From Spizellomyces punctatus DAOM BR117 (lineage: Eukaryota), in assembly GCA_000182565.2 (NCBI GenBank), contig KQ257466.1: 64,000 bases of DNA. One strand, written 5' to 3'. Below are positions 41,031 to 53,167 of the stretch, in pieces. Made by a program: the position numbers and the translations under genes. Under the pieces are notes generated by a model. It was not told the DNA's origin. It saw only the letters and a list, made by a program, of their open reading frames with translations, and made no database searches. How positions within the stretch are numbered: position 1 is the stretch's first letter; every line of letters begins with the position of its first letter.

Positions 41031-41784
41031 TGCGAGTTGGGCGATCTGTGACAAAGAACGGGAGCTGATAATTGGCTAGTGCTGATCGAGAGTGATGAAT
41101 CAAGTCTTTATAAAGACAAACTATCCGGGTGTCTTTTTTGTCAGCAGGCAATTGCTGCGTTGAATTGCAGGGCTTGAAAAGGGCTTTGAGTAAAAGTCAC
41201 TATCTTGGCTTTTGTTCCTTCCAGGGACGAGAAGGCTTTTTGGAGAATCCTGCATTTTTATAAATTCATCCTTTTTCAAAAGCCATTTCGGAGCCTGTGT
41301 TGATTTACGTGACTTCGACGTATACGCTTGTCGTAAGCACTCTTTGAAAACCATGAATTATAATTTTTTTTTTCTGATGATTGCATTTTTAACAAAAACA
41401 AAAAACAGAAAATCGGTGGGGGAGAATATCGTCATTTTTACTTGGATACAGTTCAAACTCCTTCCCAAATGCTCAGTTTGTTGGTGGATGTTTTTTCCTT
41501 TGTTTAAAATGCCTTGTTGAAAAAGCCCAAACGTCACGTTACGTGTTTTTTTCTGTGTCGCAGATGGTAACTATGCCACACACTGGCGAGTCATCGTCAT
41601 TTGCCTTGCCTCCTTGCGCCATCTCATGTGAAAAAGCACAGTGTCCAGACTTTCAGACACACTGGCTTGCTGTCTGCCCTTTGCGGCCTGTGGGTGCATC
41701 TCCAACGATTAAAGACCCAGCAGGGCTTTATTGTCACGTGCATACTGATGGGCTTGAGGGCTTACCATTACAAATTGCCCAGAT

Positions 41785-41830
41785 AGCTATCCGGTGGTTG
41801 CAGCTATCCGGTGGTTGTATTCCGGAGTTG
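41785..41830. repeat. 17-bp tandem repeat (AGCTATCCGGTGGTTGY)x2 plus a degenerate partial third copy
   Basis: agctatccggtggttgc agctatccggtggttgt attccggagttg, directly upstream of the SDR start codon. Confidence 0.8.
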
Positions 41831-41833
41831 ATA

Positions 41834-42756
41834 ATGGCTTCTCCCAAAGATAATCCAATCATGAACGCTCGTCCGCTTACGATCATCACAGGGGGCAATC
41901 GGGGATTGGGATACGAATTATCTCATCAGCTGTTCAAAATCCATCATCATGATATACTACTGACTGCCCGCGATATCAACAAGGCTAGAGAGGCAGCTAC
42001 GCGCATATCATCTGGAGTGAATAATGGAAATAGCATACGCACTGCACAGTTGGATGTCTCCTCGTCGGAATCCATCTTGCGATTTGTGTCGGATGAACTC
42101 GATCCGCTGTTGGCCTCCTTGGCGCAACAAGGCAATGGCCAATCTCTTGTAACGCTTGTCAATAATGCCGGGATTTACGGACAAGGGTGGAGAGAGACAC
42201 TGGTGACGAATGTTGTAGGTCCCGGTCTTCTCTCACGCAAGTTTCTGGAGATTCTTCCGCAGACATTAAAGGGAAGAATTGTTAATATGACGAGTGGGCT
42301 GGGGAATGCGGCAAATCTCCCATCGACGTTGTTACGGCAACTTGAAGCGCAACCTCCAAAGTCCCCGGAAGAAATAGTAAAGTGGGCGGGAAATTGGGAG
42401 CAGGACGAAACCGGACACGCAAACCCGTACAATCTGTCAAAGCATTTACTAAATTACATGACAGAGCTACATGCAAAGGAAGGACATGGGCGCGCGATTG
42501 CTGTCATGTAAGTAGCCTTTTCTGTCTGGTGTCGATGCATTCTGACGCCTGATCAACATTGATTTCAATTCGCCATAGCGCTGTCGACCCAGGCTGGGTA
42601 CAAACAGACATGGGCGGACAGGGTGCCCCTGGTACCATCCAGCAGGGTGTTGATAGGATGCTTGCGCAGGTGCTTGCGGATGAGCATGAAAGCATGAAAC
42701 GAAGCGGGAAGGTGTTTGGTGATGGTGGGACGTGTTATGATTGGAAAAGACACTGA
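41834..42756 (+). CDS. Short-chain dehydrogenase/reductase (carbonyl reductase-like)
   Basis: IITGGNRGLG (TGxxxGxG), LVNNAG, IVNMTS, YNLSK (YxxxK), DPGWVQTDMGG. One intron near 42508-42578. Confidence 0.92.
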
Positions 42757-43139
42757 TACAACGTTATTGGTCATTTGCTAGCTTGTGCAGCGCTCTGTAA
42801 ATTAGAAAGTAGAAAGCGCTTAGAAGATCATCGTATCTGGCCCATCATAAGATTGGTGCTTGCGGTTGACATTTGACGGGTGGATGTTGGATATTATCTA
42901 CGATCCCAGAGTTCTTTAAAAAGATTACAGACGGCTATTCAAATGTGCAATTGATAAGCTAATCAACCTCTGTCAAACATTTGGCAGGGCAATGTTATTG
43001 CAACCCGGTCTTCCAACAAGGCCCTGGTTTCACACGGGTTCGTTCCTGAAACCACCGTGAATCTTACTGTGACGCCAGAAGACGCGCACGATCTGCACAA
43101 AGTCGTTTTGTCGCCGTCACTTCGGATAGAATCGTCATA

Positions 43140-44487
43140 ATGTCTACCAATAGAGAGACTTTCGTTAACCGGCACCACTTTCTCCCTTCCTCTTTGATTG
43201 CCTCAGACTCCCCCGCTCCTTCATCTCCCATATCTTCGCCAACATCGATGGACGACGACGATACAATATCAGTCGGGACGCCAACGCATCCCAGCTCGTT
43301 ACCCGACGAGGAGGACCTCCTCTCGGTTTTAAATGAGGACTCCATATTTGACGACGAGGACGATGATGTGGACCGAGATAGCGCCGTGTTACCTAGTGAT
43401 TTAGACCGCAAGGCCGTTGTTGGATTGGACGATGAGGACTTGATGGAAGTGGACGAAGACGAGGAAGCTCTTCGCGCGAAGGAAGAGACAAGGAGTGAAA
43501 GCACCCGTGGGAAATATGATGACGATGAGAAGAAAAGTGCTGTTTCAGCAAAGGAAGGGAAAAAGAGTTCCGGTTCAAAGGTGAAGGCTGCGGCGAGCAA
43601 GAAACGCAAAGGTAGGGCGTGATCCTGTGCTCCTAAAATGATTTAGTCTTACGATTTAAGTAGCCCATACTGATGTTACTTGTTGGGGCTAGCCTCTGAT
43701 GACTTTGACAGGTAATATTTTTGCCTATCTTCGTGCATTTATGCGTACCTGTTTAGTATGTGCTGACCTGATGCAATTTGGGTCATCGTAACCGTCATTT
43801 TATTAGTGACTCTTCCCTTGGTTCCGAGGGACCCACTCCAAGTAAGCGAATGACTGCTAGACAGCGCGCAATGATTGCCCGAGACACTGGGGAGACCGAT
43901 GAACCGTCCTACGAGCTGCCCGATGGTACTTATCGAGCCATATCTGAAACTTTTCCTCTCAGCAACTCTCTCTTATTTGATCCATTCTTTCAGAGCGCCC
44001 TTCTAGAAGGAAAATATTTACAGCCGAAGAAATTGCACTGCGAAAATCCGAGACCGCCCGACGGCGAAAACATCAGGCAGATGCCAAAGCGGAGGAAGCC
44101 AAGATTAATACCATACAGAAATTACTCAGAAAACAGGCTACGAAAAAGAGAAGCAAAGATGAGGTGAGAAATGCGCATAGTTCACGGCACGGACTTTATA
44201 TTCCGTTAGTAACCTGTTTCGAAATAAAGGAGCAAGGCGCAGATGACGCCCCTATACGCCCGACTGAGATCCATTATGTCCAAACCCCTCATTCAAGCAC
44301 CCTTTCCTTCCCTTTCGCAACACTCCAGACCAATCCCGACCTATTAGTGCCACATAAAGCACATACATATCCACAGCCCCGATTATGCTCTATAACAGGC
44401 TGTACATTGCCGAAAAAGTATCGGCACTCCCGTTCCGGGAAAGATGTATGTGGAATGGAACATTATAAGATGGTTGAGCTGGGCTGA
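43140..44487 (+). CDS. IES2: INO80 complex subunit B / Ies2-like (PAPA-1 domain, C-terminal Zn finger)
   Basis: Acidic N-terminus; KRMTARQRA; FTAEEIALRKSETARRRKHQADAKAEEAKINTIQKLLRKQA; CSITGC...KYRHSRSGKDVCGMEHYK. Confidence 0.82.
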
Positions 44488-44905
44488 TGGATTCCTTGTT
44501 CACTTGTGATGCAAAATCTTTTGGTTTACAATTCGCAGTTCCGTCAGTCTTACCCAAAAAGCCATGCCGTTGTAAGTTGTTTTTCTGCTTACGACATCCC
44601 AGGCTTTTTACCGCGACTTTGAATTTCCATTTTTGATCAAATGGGCCCCCCAAGATTTGGTTGGGGGAACTCAGTCTTTGCATCCGTTTAGGACGAGCAC
44701 GATCTGGCGATTGACGCACAAAAACAGCATTGACTGCCTCTTGACACTGATATTGCAGTCGTGATTCCACTTATTCAAGATCCGACGCACAACTGCTTGT
44801 AGGTCTTGGTACGATTAATTGGTCTTTGAGGGATTCTCGCAACCTACATCAAGGTTCCTCTACCTTGGTTGCCAATCCCTACATTCCATTTGACGACGCG
44901 CATCA

Positions 44906-46005
44906 ATGTCCGCCGCACCGCCTCCCATCGAAGTCCTCGCCCATGGTACACCACAGTCTGGGCCACCTCTGTCCGACGCCGACCAGGCGCTGTTAGAAGC
45001 CGAAGCTCGCTTTGCAGAGGAACATCGGGGACATGAGAAACAGCATGCGACAATGGCGCTCATCCTCATAATGGGATTGATCATATCTCAGTTGGGCATC
45101 TTGGTGTGGAAAAAGTATCATATTAAATCATTCCAATTGGCGACCCTACTCGGGTTATGGATCGTTCCCCCAATAATGGGCTTCCAAGCGGGAAATATGC
45201 GATACGTTTTTGTGTGGGTCCTCTTTTCGCTGGCGAATGGCTGGATTGTGCGTATGGCATTGCAAAATCCGATGCAGAGTGTGACTCCTAGATTGGTTTA
45301 CAAGTGGTATACGTGGGTGTACAACCTCTCGTATGGTATTGGAGTGGTGGGATATGTGGTGGTATTGCTTTCATTCTTCCACATACCGGTGGTGGTGGGA
45401 ATCCGGATGGAGACAGAGATAAAGTTCTTTGAGGTAAGAAAAGAAATGATTGCGGATACTTGACTGCACTGTTCTCACCAACCCTGTTTCTAGACCGGTG
45501 TGATCCTCCTCTTCTATGGCTTATACTTTGGAACACTCTCTCGTGATTTTGTGGAAAGGCTTTCAGACCGAATGGCAACCACCATGGGATACTATTCTCG
45601 TACTGGGTTTCCTCGCAAGCACCTGCGATCCAACATGTGTGCCATTTGCGGCGACACTACCACATCCGATGGTACCGCCGATAGTTCTCAAAAGTTGCAC
45701 CGATTAGGATGTGGACATACATACCATGAAAAATGCATAAGGTAACTATATTATGAACTCCATCGTTTATTGAACTGGTGTTGATATTGGCTACTATGTA
45801 CAGAGGATGGACTATCATTGGCAAGAAGGACTCGTGCCCATATTGCAAAGAAAAAGTTGACCTAAAAGCGTTCAAGAAGAACCCATGGGACACGTCGCAA
45901 ATGCTTTACCTGAACCTGTTGGATGCACTGCGCTACATGATCGTCTGGAACCCTATCATCTTTTTGATCATACATTTGGTGTTTGAGATATCAGGATTGA
46001 AGTAG
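44906..46005 (+). CDS. RNF121: RNF121/RNF175-like multi-TM RING-H2 E3 ligase
   Basis: EEHRGHEKQHATM, TPRLVYKWY, FYGLYFGTLSRDF, CAICG...[46 protein letters not shown]. Confidence 0.92.
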
Positions 46006-46336
46006 TACCCATGTGCGGTGCTATCTGTATTTATTTATATTAGACAACGATACACATACCATAGAAAGCATACTTGGACGCTTGAAAGATGTGAGACTGT
46101 ACTGTTTCTAACTTTCCAAGGGATTGGGTCATCAACTGCTCAACCCAATATCACGAGCACCAAGGGTCAGCTTACTAACCTACTAGGCCCCGCCAGGGCA
46201 CTACAAACAACAGGGGATCATGATAACCCTCGTGGCTGTTTTGTGTTGGGATTTTTTCTTGGCGGAGGCTATAAACCATGGAGAAGGTTGTCAGGTAAAT
46301 GTCCTTCGCTCGCTAATCCGTTCATCTCTGTTCACA

Positions 46337-46965
46337 ATGATTTCCTGGCAAGGTTCATTTTTGCTCTTCACAGTGGTTGGAGTGTGTTTGATGAGGAAAG
46401 CGTTGGCGATACCCATATCTGACAACAATACCTTGCCAACACTCTCCTCGACACTCTCCTCCACCACTTCCTCTCTCAACAGCACATCTATCACCGTTAA
46501 CTCTACATTGTACAGTACTAGTACACAAACCGCTGCAACAACATCCACCATCGCACCAGACGAAAATGTCCCCGAGACGATTCCAATCGACCCGGTTATA
46601 CTCCCTCTTCCCATTCCCATTCCTGGCATACCAAACCCAGTGGAACCACCGGCCATTCCTCTTCCAACCGACCTATTCGAAACAAGCGGACCGGATCCAA
46701 CTGGACCGCTCGTTGCGACGTGGGTGACTGAACCGGAGCCGACACAAGAGGTGTCTGGGCCCTTGATGCCGCCTGTTGTTGGCGGTAGTTTCTTGCCGCC
46801 AGTAGTGGCTCCTACGATGACTGCGAATGCTACGCTGCGGGTCTGACACAAAAAACCTTTGAGCAGTTAATGGTTGCCTGTGGACGACAACCGCAGTGGC
46901 TAGGTTGGTACGCCTGCCAAGAACCCTCAAGCATGTGGCGGAGGTGGTTATGGAAAAATCAGTGA
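46337..46965 (+). CDS. Secreted Ser/Thr/Pro-rich (mucin-like) protein, probably with a Cys/Trp-rich tail
   Basis: Signal peptide MISWQGSFLLFTVVGVCLMRKALA, Thr/Ser tract, Pro/Ile tract. A 38-nt GT-AG intron (46751-46788) would extend the frame to TGA at 46965; unspliced, it stops at 46846. Confidence 0.6.
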
Positions 46966-47474
46966 ACTTGCCGGACAATGGAGTAGCATTATTCGTATGA
47001 AACTTGGCTTTCCATAGTTCTGTGTTGTAGAATATATGTCGTGATGGCGTAATGTCAAAAGTGTACATGTTAATTGCTATTTTTCAAAAAAGAAAAACAG
47101 AAAAAAAGAAATAAAGGTCGAGTTGTTCTTTCATCATTTGGATGCCAATGGTCTCCCAATTCCTTTTTTTTTTTTTGATCAAACGCCTGTACTGCGTACG
47201 ACAAAGCCACGCAGATCATTATTAGGTAGATAGTGCCGCCTAGAAGAGGAACCCCAATTACTACCCAAACGAGCAGTCGGTACAGAACATTCGCTGATGA
47301 CGAATATGATCTGACGTTCGAAAGAAAAGTGACATCGGGGCAAACGAGCAGTTCTAACACGCATCTCGTCGTCAACCGGCAGCTCCGCCACGCTTACCTG
47401 ATCGAGTGGCTGGCTCATCACGTCACAGTTTCGATTGTCTTGGAACACTCTTGGCACTTGAGGGTTCAAACTGG

Positions 47475-47482
47475 TATATAAA
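47475..47482 (+). promoter_or_regulatory. TATA box of the CYSTM gene
   Basis: TATATAAA about 165 nt upstream of an ATG in strong A-rich context (aaaaaATGG). Confidence 0.5.
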
Positions 47483-47641
47483 GGCAGCCAGATGGACCAA
47501 ATTCCTTTTTTCTTCACTCACCTACAACGACCAAGACGCATAAAAACAAGACTCTAGATTTCTACTACGTAATACATTTGCGCGTCACCACATCTATACG
47601 CTTATTACACTCCCGAACAAACTTTGTAAAACAACTAAAAA

Positions 47642-47851
47642 ATGGGTGCATCAAACTCTCGCTACTACGGTGGAAACCAGCAAGCGTACTACCAGCAACC
47701 ATCCGGTTACGGATACCCAACGACCCAACCAGTTTACTACGAGCGACGACGAGATGACGGATGTGGAGGATTTTTGACGGGATGTCTTGCGGCCTTGTGC
47801 TGTTGCTGCTGTGTGGAGGATTGTACTGACTGTTGTCTCATGTGTTGTTGA
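47642..47851 (+). CDS. CYSTM-family cysteine-rich small membrane-associated protein
   Basis: Tyr/Gln/Pro-rich N-terminus followed by GFLTGCLAALCCCCCVEDC; intronless, 69 aa. Confidence 0.88.
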   Translation: MGASNSRYYGGNQQAYYQQPSGYGYPTTQPVYYERRRDDGCGGFLTGCLAALCCCCCVEDCTDCCLMCC

Positions 47852-48084
47852 TGAGAGTGGGAGGCTCAAGCGAGAGAGCATGGGTATTCATGGTTGAACG
47901 GCGGGCGGGTGTTTGAGTATGCTGGGATTATGTACATATTTGTCTGTTCAAAGTAAATAATAACAAGACTCCTTGAAGTATCTACTGCATACATTTCATT
48001 TTATGCACTATCCATCTACTCTAAATATTAAGGTCGCATAAGAACATCCCATTATTATCATCTCAACAGTTGCCCCAACACGAT

Positions 48085-49902
48085 CTATCCATACAGTCCA
48101 CCAGTACTGCCCATTATATGTTCCGCTTCAACTCGCTCTATATCGGTAAATGCCACCACAGGCACCTCAAATTGTGTTGCAAACCGACCATTAACATGTC
48201 CATGTCTAGGGAAACGCATGTTGTCTACCTCTGCATAAAACATATCGTTTGTGCTCCATGCAGCCGGATGATAGATTTCAAGGACGTCTCGTGTTCCGTA
48301 CATGCCAACGTCTGCAGGTGGCTCCAAGTTCGTTGGTAACGAATACAGTGCTGGATCCGTAAAGGAATACCTAGACGGTGGAAAGTACGCAGGTGTATCG
48401 GCCAAGACATTTGGATCGCCAGAGTAGAATGCAGGGATCGCATTGACGTTTGATGAGGGCATGAATGATGACAAGGGTGGAATCACAGGATAGTGAGGAT
48501 ATGGGCCCGATATAAAAGTTTCAGGTCTTCCAGTCTCGCTCTCACCATCCTGAGGTGACGGTGCGGAAACCAATCGGTCTTGATATTGCTGAATCTGCAA
48601 AGATTTAGCAGCTTGACCGTTGGCAAAATATGGTATCCGAATGCCGGATTTCGAACCAGGATACGACTGCAGGGTGGAACGGAGCAGTTGGTCCACTCTC
48701 GAAAGAGCGACAGGATCATTCACAAAGCTTGGGTCAACCTGGTTGGAAAGGAATTCATAATCGGTTTCCAGTCCCGGGTTCTGATCCAATACTTGGCGGA
48801 TCCATAAAAGTGCTGTTTGCTGCGCAGGCAGGGATGCATTCAGGGCGGCATGGCGATCCAAATCTCCATACCACAGCCCCCTTAAAAGACGCTCATCGTA
48901 TATCGTTGGCGTTTGAGGTGGAGTGGGTTGGCATGATTCAAAGTTCACGGGTTCCAAAGCTCGTGGTTCTCCTTGTGGTATATGATTCACCGCTGTAGGT
49001 ATCTCTGTGCTGGTATTCGTAATGCGTGCTGGCACAGACGTATTGGGTATCTCAGTTGGAAAAGACCAAAGGCCATGACATGTTGGCTCGTTGTACGTTT
49101 GTGGAGACTGCAGGATGCTGCTAGCTGGTGAGGCCAACGAAATGGGATAGACTGACTCGCTTGCCGGTTCCTTTCCTTTCGCAGTCGTTTTTCGTTTCGT
49201 AGTAATGATACTTCTCGGACGCTTGACACCAGCTGTACGAGCGCTGTGTCCGGATTTACTTCCATGGGAGGATCTTGATGTCTGGTGCCATGTAAATCCT
49301 GTGTATGTGTCTGCCGTTCGATCTCATTATAAAGTCCAATCAGCCAACCTGTAATGGAAAGGACTGAACACTGACCCTGGGATGCACTTGCTGCCGATTG
49401 TGTGGCATTGTGTTCAGTTCCAGCCGATAGCGTGGTAGGTTCCAGCTCATCTGAACGTGGGAAGCAATGTGTTTGCAACCACGTTAAAAAATCTTTATAC
49501 AAAATTGAGATATACCTGGCACCCACACTTCTTCATAGGTACGATGCTTGTCCCACTCATGCCGAGCCTGATCATATTTTGTTCCAAAGCAACCGTCGAA
49601 TCGGCCGTTACCCGAATGCCTGGGTGGACATATATGGCAACAAAAGCGGCTCTTTTCAGGTCTGAACCTAAAGAGAGATGGAAGTCAGGCTCTGCAAAAA
49701 ACCTGCCAGCTATATCCGCTCTTTGTCAAGGGAAAGTTTTGGCCACGTACTGGGGATCGTCCAGTATATCCCTGGGTGGTGGTTCACTCCGATCTAATAG
49801 CCATTGCGGACAGATAGTCTGACAATGCTTTCGAAATGATTTAACGTCGTCTGGTATGAGATCTCGGCAGCTTCGACACACCAAACGACGAACTTTCGGC
49901 AT
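48085..49902 (-). CDS. Putative zinc-finger nucleic-acid-binding protein (C2HC and C2H2 fingers), 4 exons
   Basis: Manual splicing gives MPKVRRLVCRSCRDLIPDDVKSFRKHCQTIC, then RFCCHICPPRHSGNGRFDGCFGTKYDQARHEWDKH, then basic KRPR...KRK, joining in frame to the 48085..49137 ORF through phase-compatible GT-AG introns. Confidence 0.65.
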
Positions 49903-50897
49903 ATCCGTGTTAGCAGAAAATGGACTCTCTGAGCTCGACAGTGGACCTTTGCACTTTCTTTGGGCAGTAGTCCGAGTAGCTCTTCAGCAAGCAGATGCAT
50001 TGCAGAAGAACTGTTATAGATCGGAAAGAACGGCGCCCAGTCTTTCATTGAAAAGATAGTTGGAGGGGCATCGCCGCGTAATTGTGAGAGCTGTCAAAGC
50101 GCGTTTCCTGAGCATGTCCGAAATTTTCATTGCCTGTCAGAATCGGCTTAGACTTAAATATGAGGTATTGGGCAAACCAGTATCCGGAAGGCTGGCACAA
50201 TTAAAATGCACGCTTCTTTCTCCATGACCAACTTCTCTCAAAAGGATCCGCAATTTGATAGCGGCCTCAGTCTAAGGAAGAACACGTTGTTTGTTTGAAC
50301 TCAACAGAAAGACTGTATCCTGCTCTAATTGTGAGCTTCCGGGATGGAATGATAAGAAAAATGGTATGACTATGCTTTGCTTGAGCACGTATGCTTCAGG
50401 ACAACATGGCCGCTTCATTCCCAACTGGAACTTGACAGGCCGTTACGTAAATTCGGGGGCTTAGCTTGGCGATCATGAATTAGGCTGGTCAACCACATCT
50501 GCTGGAGGTTTTCAAGGCACCAGGCAAACGCTGCTGTGATTTACCAGAACGTATGCATCACTAATCTGGTTAACCATTAGCTTAGAGAAGTTAAAGGAAT
50601 TATCATTATCCGTGAAAGAGGAGTGCCTCGATCGGGCTTGTACTTTTTTCTAATCTTTCCGGACATGAGACTAACTCATGAGAATGCATCTTCCAATCGG
50701 GACATTGGGTCACCATATTCCAATAAACTAAAACATCTACTTTTGCATACAAGAACGTTTTCAGAGGCTTGCCTATCGTTGCACGCGCGGCCCTTAAGGA
50801 ATCGCAGCTGACGTGACTTTGAGCAGCCCACGCAACACAGTGAGTGACGAGACATTGGTCACCAATGCTGACTTGGTTCGTCACAATTTTATGGACT

Positions 50898-50914
50898 AGA
50901 ACATTCGGTATATA
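50898..50914 (+). promoter_or_regulatory. Heat-shock-element-like nGAAnnTTCn adjacent to a TATA-like box
   Basis: aGAAcaTTCg (50898-50907) followed by TATATA (50909-50914), about 100 nt upstream of the Hsp20 start codon. Confidence 0.5.
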
Positions 50915-51006
50915 GACTTGTCTCTATTCTTCCCCAACCTTTTTTGGAGAAGACGCAACATCTTTTTCGTCTAAATCTTTCATCCAGCGACTTCAATAAT
51001 TTCAAT

Positions 51007-51828
51007 ATGGCTCTTGCAAGCACCTCTACCTGGGACCCGTTTTTTGACTGGGTAAAAGACTTGTAGGCAAACTTTACTTCATGTTGTTACCAAAACCTTG
51101 ACAGTGGTGCGTCTTTGGTAGAATGTGAACGCCTTTCCTACCGACCTCGGCGTCACTGGTGGCTGGCCTGGTGGTGGCGATGTGTCCCACCGAATTCCCA
51201 GACATGTTGCTTCAAGGTAAGCCTTGCGAAGGAAATTCAAAATATTCAATGAGAGTTTACTAAGAACAGTTGGCAGAGTATTGTATACAAATGACGGTAA
51301 CTCCGGAGGTTGATTAAATCAATGTTGAACACGATCGTCAACTTGGATTCATTTGCAGGTGACGTTATTTGGCGTCCAGCTGCTGATGTTTTTGAGGTAG
51401 GTTGGATGAGACGAAAAAAATCTTTTCACCGTCCTGATACAAATGATACCAACATTAATGAATCTTGCAAGACCGACGACGCAATCGTCGTTCACGTCGA
51501 TTTGCCTGGGGTTCCCAAGGATGAAATCAACATTGAAGTTAGCGGTAACCAGGTACGGTTCGATTGTATCTGAATCGCCAATCGGATCATCGTTATTAAG
51601 ATGCTCTCTGTATAGCTGATCATTCATGGCGAACACAAGGGTGTTAAGGGCTTTGAAAGCGCAACGTCCCGTGTCCGCGAGCGCAACATTGGCCGCTTTC
51701 GTAAGATCATCAACTTGCCCGCTGGCGTGGACACTGACAAAATCCAAGCCAAGTATGAAAATGGTTTATTAGAGGTCAAAATCCCCAAATCACAGGAAAT
51801 GAAGGGTAAACAGATTGCAATCCAGTAG
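51007..51828 (+). CDS. Small heat-shock protein (Hsp20/alpha-crystallin domain), 5 exons
   Basis: WDPFFDW, WRPAADVFETDDAIVVHVDLPGVPKDEINIEV, RERNIGRFRKIINLP, IQAKYENGLLEVKIPK, C-terminal IxI motif (QIAIQ). Confidence 0.95.
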
Positions 51829-52442
51829 TTCAGGGGAATTATCTCTGATAGGTAGCTGGGGAGGGCAGCGATACATTGCATTTTGTCCATATCGGTTGTT
51901 TTGTAGGCGAGGGTGGAATTGCACAGTTTATCATGTGACCCTCCGACTTTCGATGCACATCTGTCAAAAAGCTAATCGCCCACGTTGTATCCCGTTGGGC
52001 CGCTGCCAAATAAGCTCTGCAGCGATCGAAATATTATCGCCCGTGGAAAATTACCAATAAAAAAACCATCGGGCGCAGAGAGTTTCTCCGATGTACAGTA
52101 AATCCTCATGATAGTAGTGTTGACCACCAAAAGAGAAATGCGTGGGGCGTGGTCAACCACAGATTGTTGCATGGCTACTGGGGTCCGGACACCCTGGGCG
52201 TGAAAATAATTATAAAAGCCGGACACCACTGCCCCATTTGCCAAAAAGCCAAGGCCGTGAAGCCTTCGCCTTCGCTTTCCTTTCTGCCAATTGGATTTTG
52301 AACGTAAGCTCAGGACACCTGATGAGGTGCTTCCATTTAGAATGGCCCATACTGACAATCAATTGAAGCTCATAGAAACTGGAGTGTGAGCTGGATACGC
52401 CGAGGAATAGACGCTACTGCTATTGCCAACAGATCCTCAACC

Positions 52443-53040
52443 ATGCCCAGGCCTTCCTCCAATTTGTCGCTGATGGTTGAGAGCATTGGGGATTCCCTGG
52501 CGTCTATCGACACATGTCCAGAAAGTCCCCTCCCAGGACCTGTGTCTCCACGGCTCCAAAGGTGCGACGTCAACGCTGCCTTTATCGCTGGTATGTTAAT
52601 GTCCGCAAGCAGGCAATAAGCGCTTACTGATCGTCCTCAATCCAGAGTGCGACCAAGACAACAATCGAGAACAAGCGTTGATACCACAAGAGATTCATGT
52701 AGATCGGTCCATAAATGATAGGGCAGCACCTCATATTCGCCCCGCCACTGTTGAACATTCCAGTTTCCAAACCTTATCATGGGGGAAATGCACGGAAGCT
52801 TGGTGGGAACAATCTCTAGAATGTTTCCCGGCCCATCTTGATCTTTCGCAGCTTTTGGCGGCCCCGTTCAAGTATCAATATGCAGCTTTAGCCTGGATTT
52901 GGCTGGAGAAGTATGAGTACTACAGCTGGGCGGCGGGCTATCTGAGCTTTGATGGGAATGGGCCAGATTTGTTGATGGACCCCGAAGTTGAAGAACTGGT
53001 TGAACGAATTGGCTGTAGAGGAAGTGAGCAAAACAGCTGA
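52443..53040 (+). CDS. Hypothetical protein, 2 exons, no recognised domain
   Basis: GTATGT...TACTGA...CCAG intron (52591-52645) joins the MPRPSSNL ORF in frame to the 52678..53040 ORF. Confidence 0.5.
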
Positions 53041-53167
53041 ATTGTTTGCGCTTTCAAGGCACTGTTGCCTTTGTACAATATCATAATTTAATCTCAATTC
53101 AAAAATGGATCCTTGTCTCGATACTATAAATCGAACATCATCAAATTTAGATATTGAGCAGCGGTTT

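Noticed and set aside
41543-41833. N-terminal ~97 codons of the SDR ORF
   Set aside because: Begins at GTG, has no domain-like features and includes the tandem repeat; ATG 41834 or 41861 is the more plausible start.
47070-47420. Possible small minus-strand membrane protein (LLVWVVIGVPLLGGTIYLIMICVAL)
   Set aside because: The nearest ATG and donor (MSQPLDQ|GTAAGC) are not in phase with the hydrophobic frame, which runs into poly-A/T tracts. Unsupported without transcripts.
47846-47854. TGT TGA TGA at the end of CYSTM as possible selenocysteine recoding
   Set aside because: The protein is complete at the first TGA and no SECIS-like hairpin is evident.
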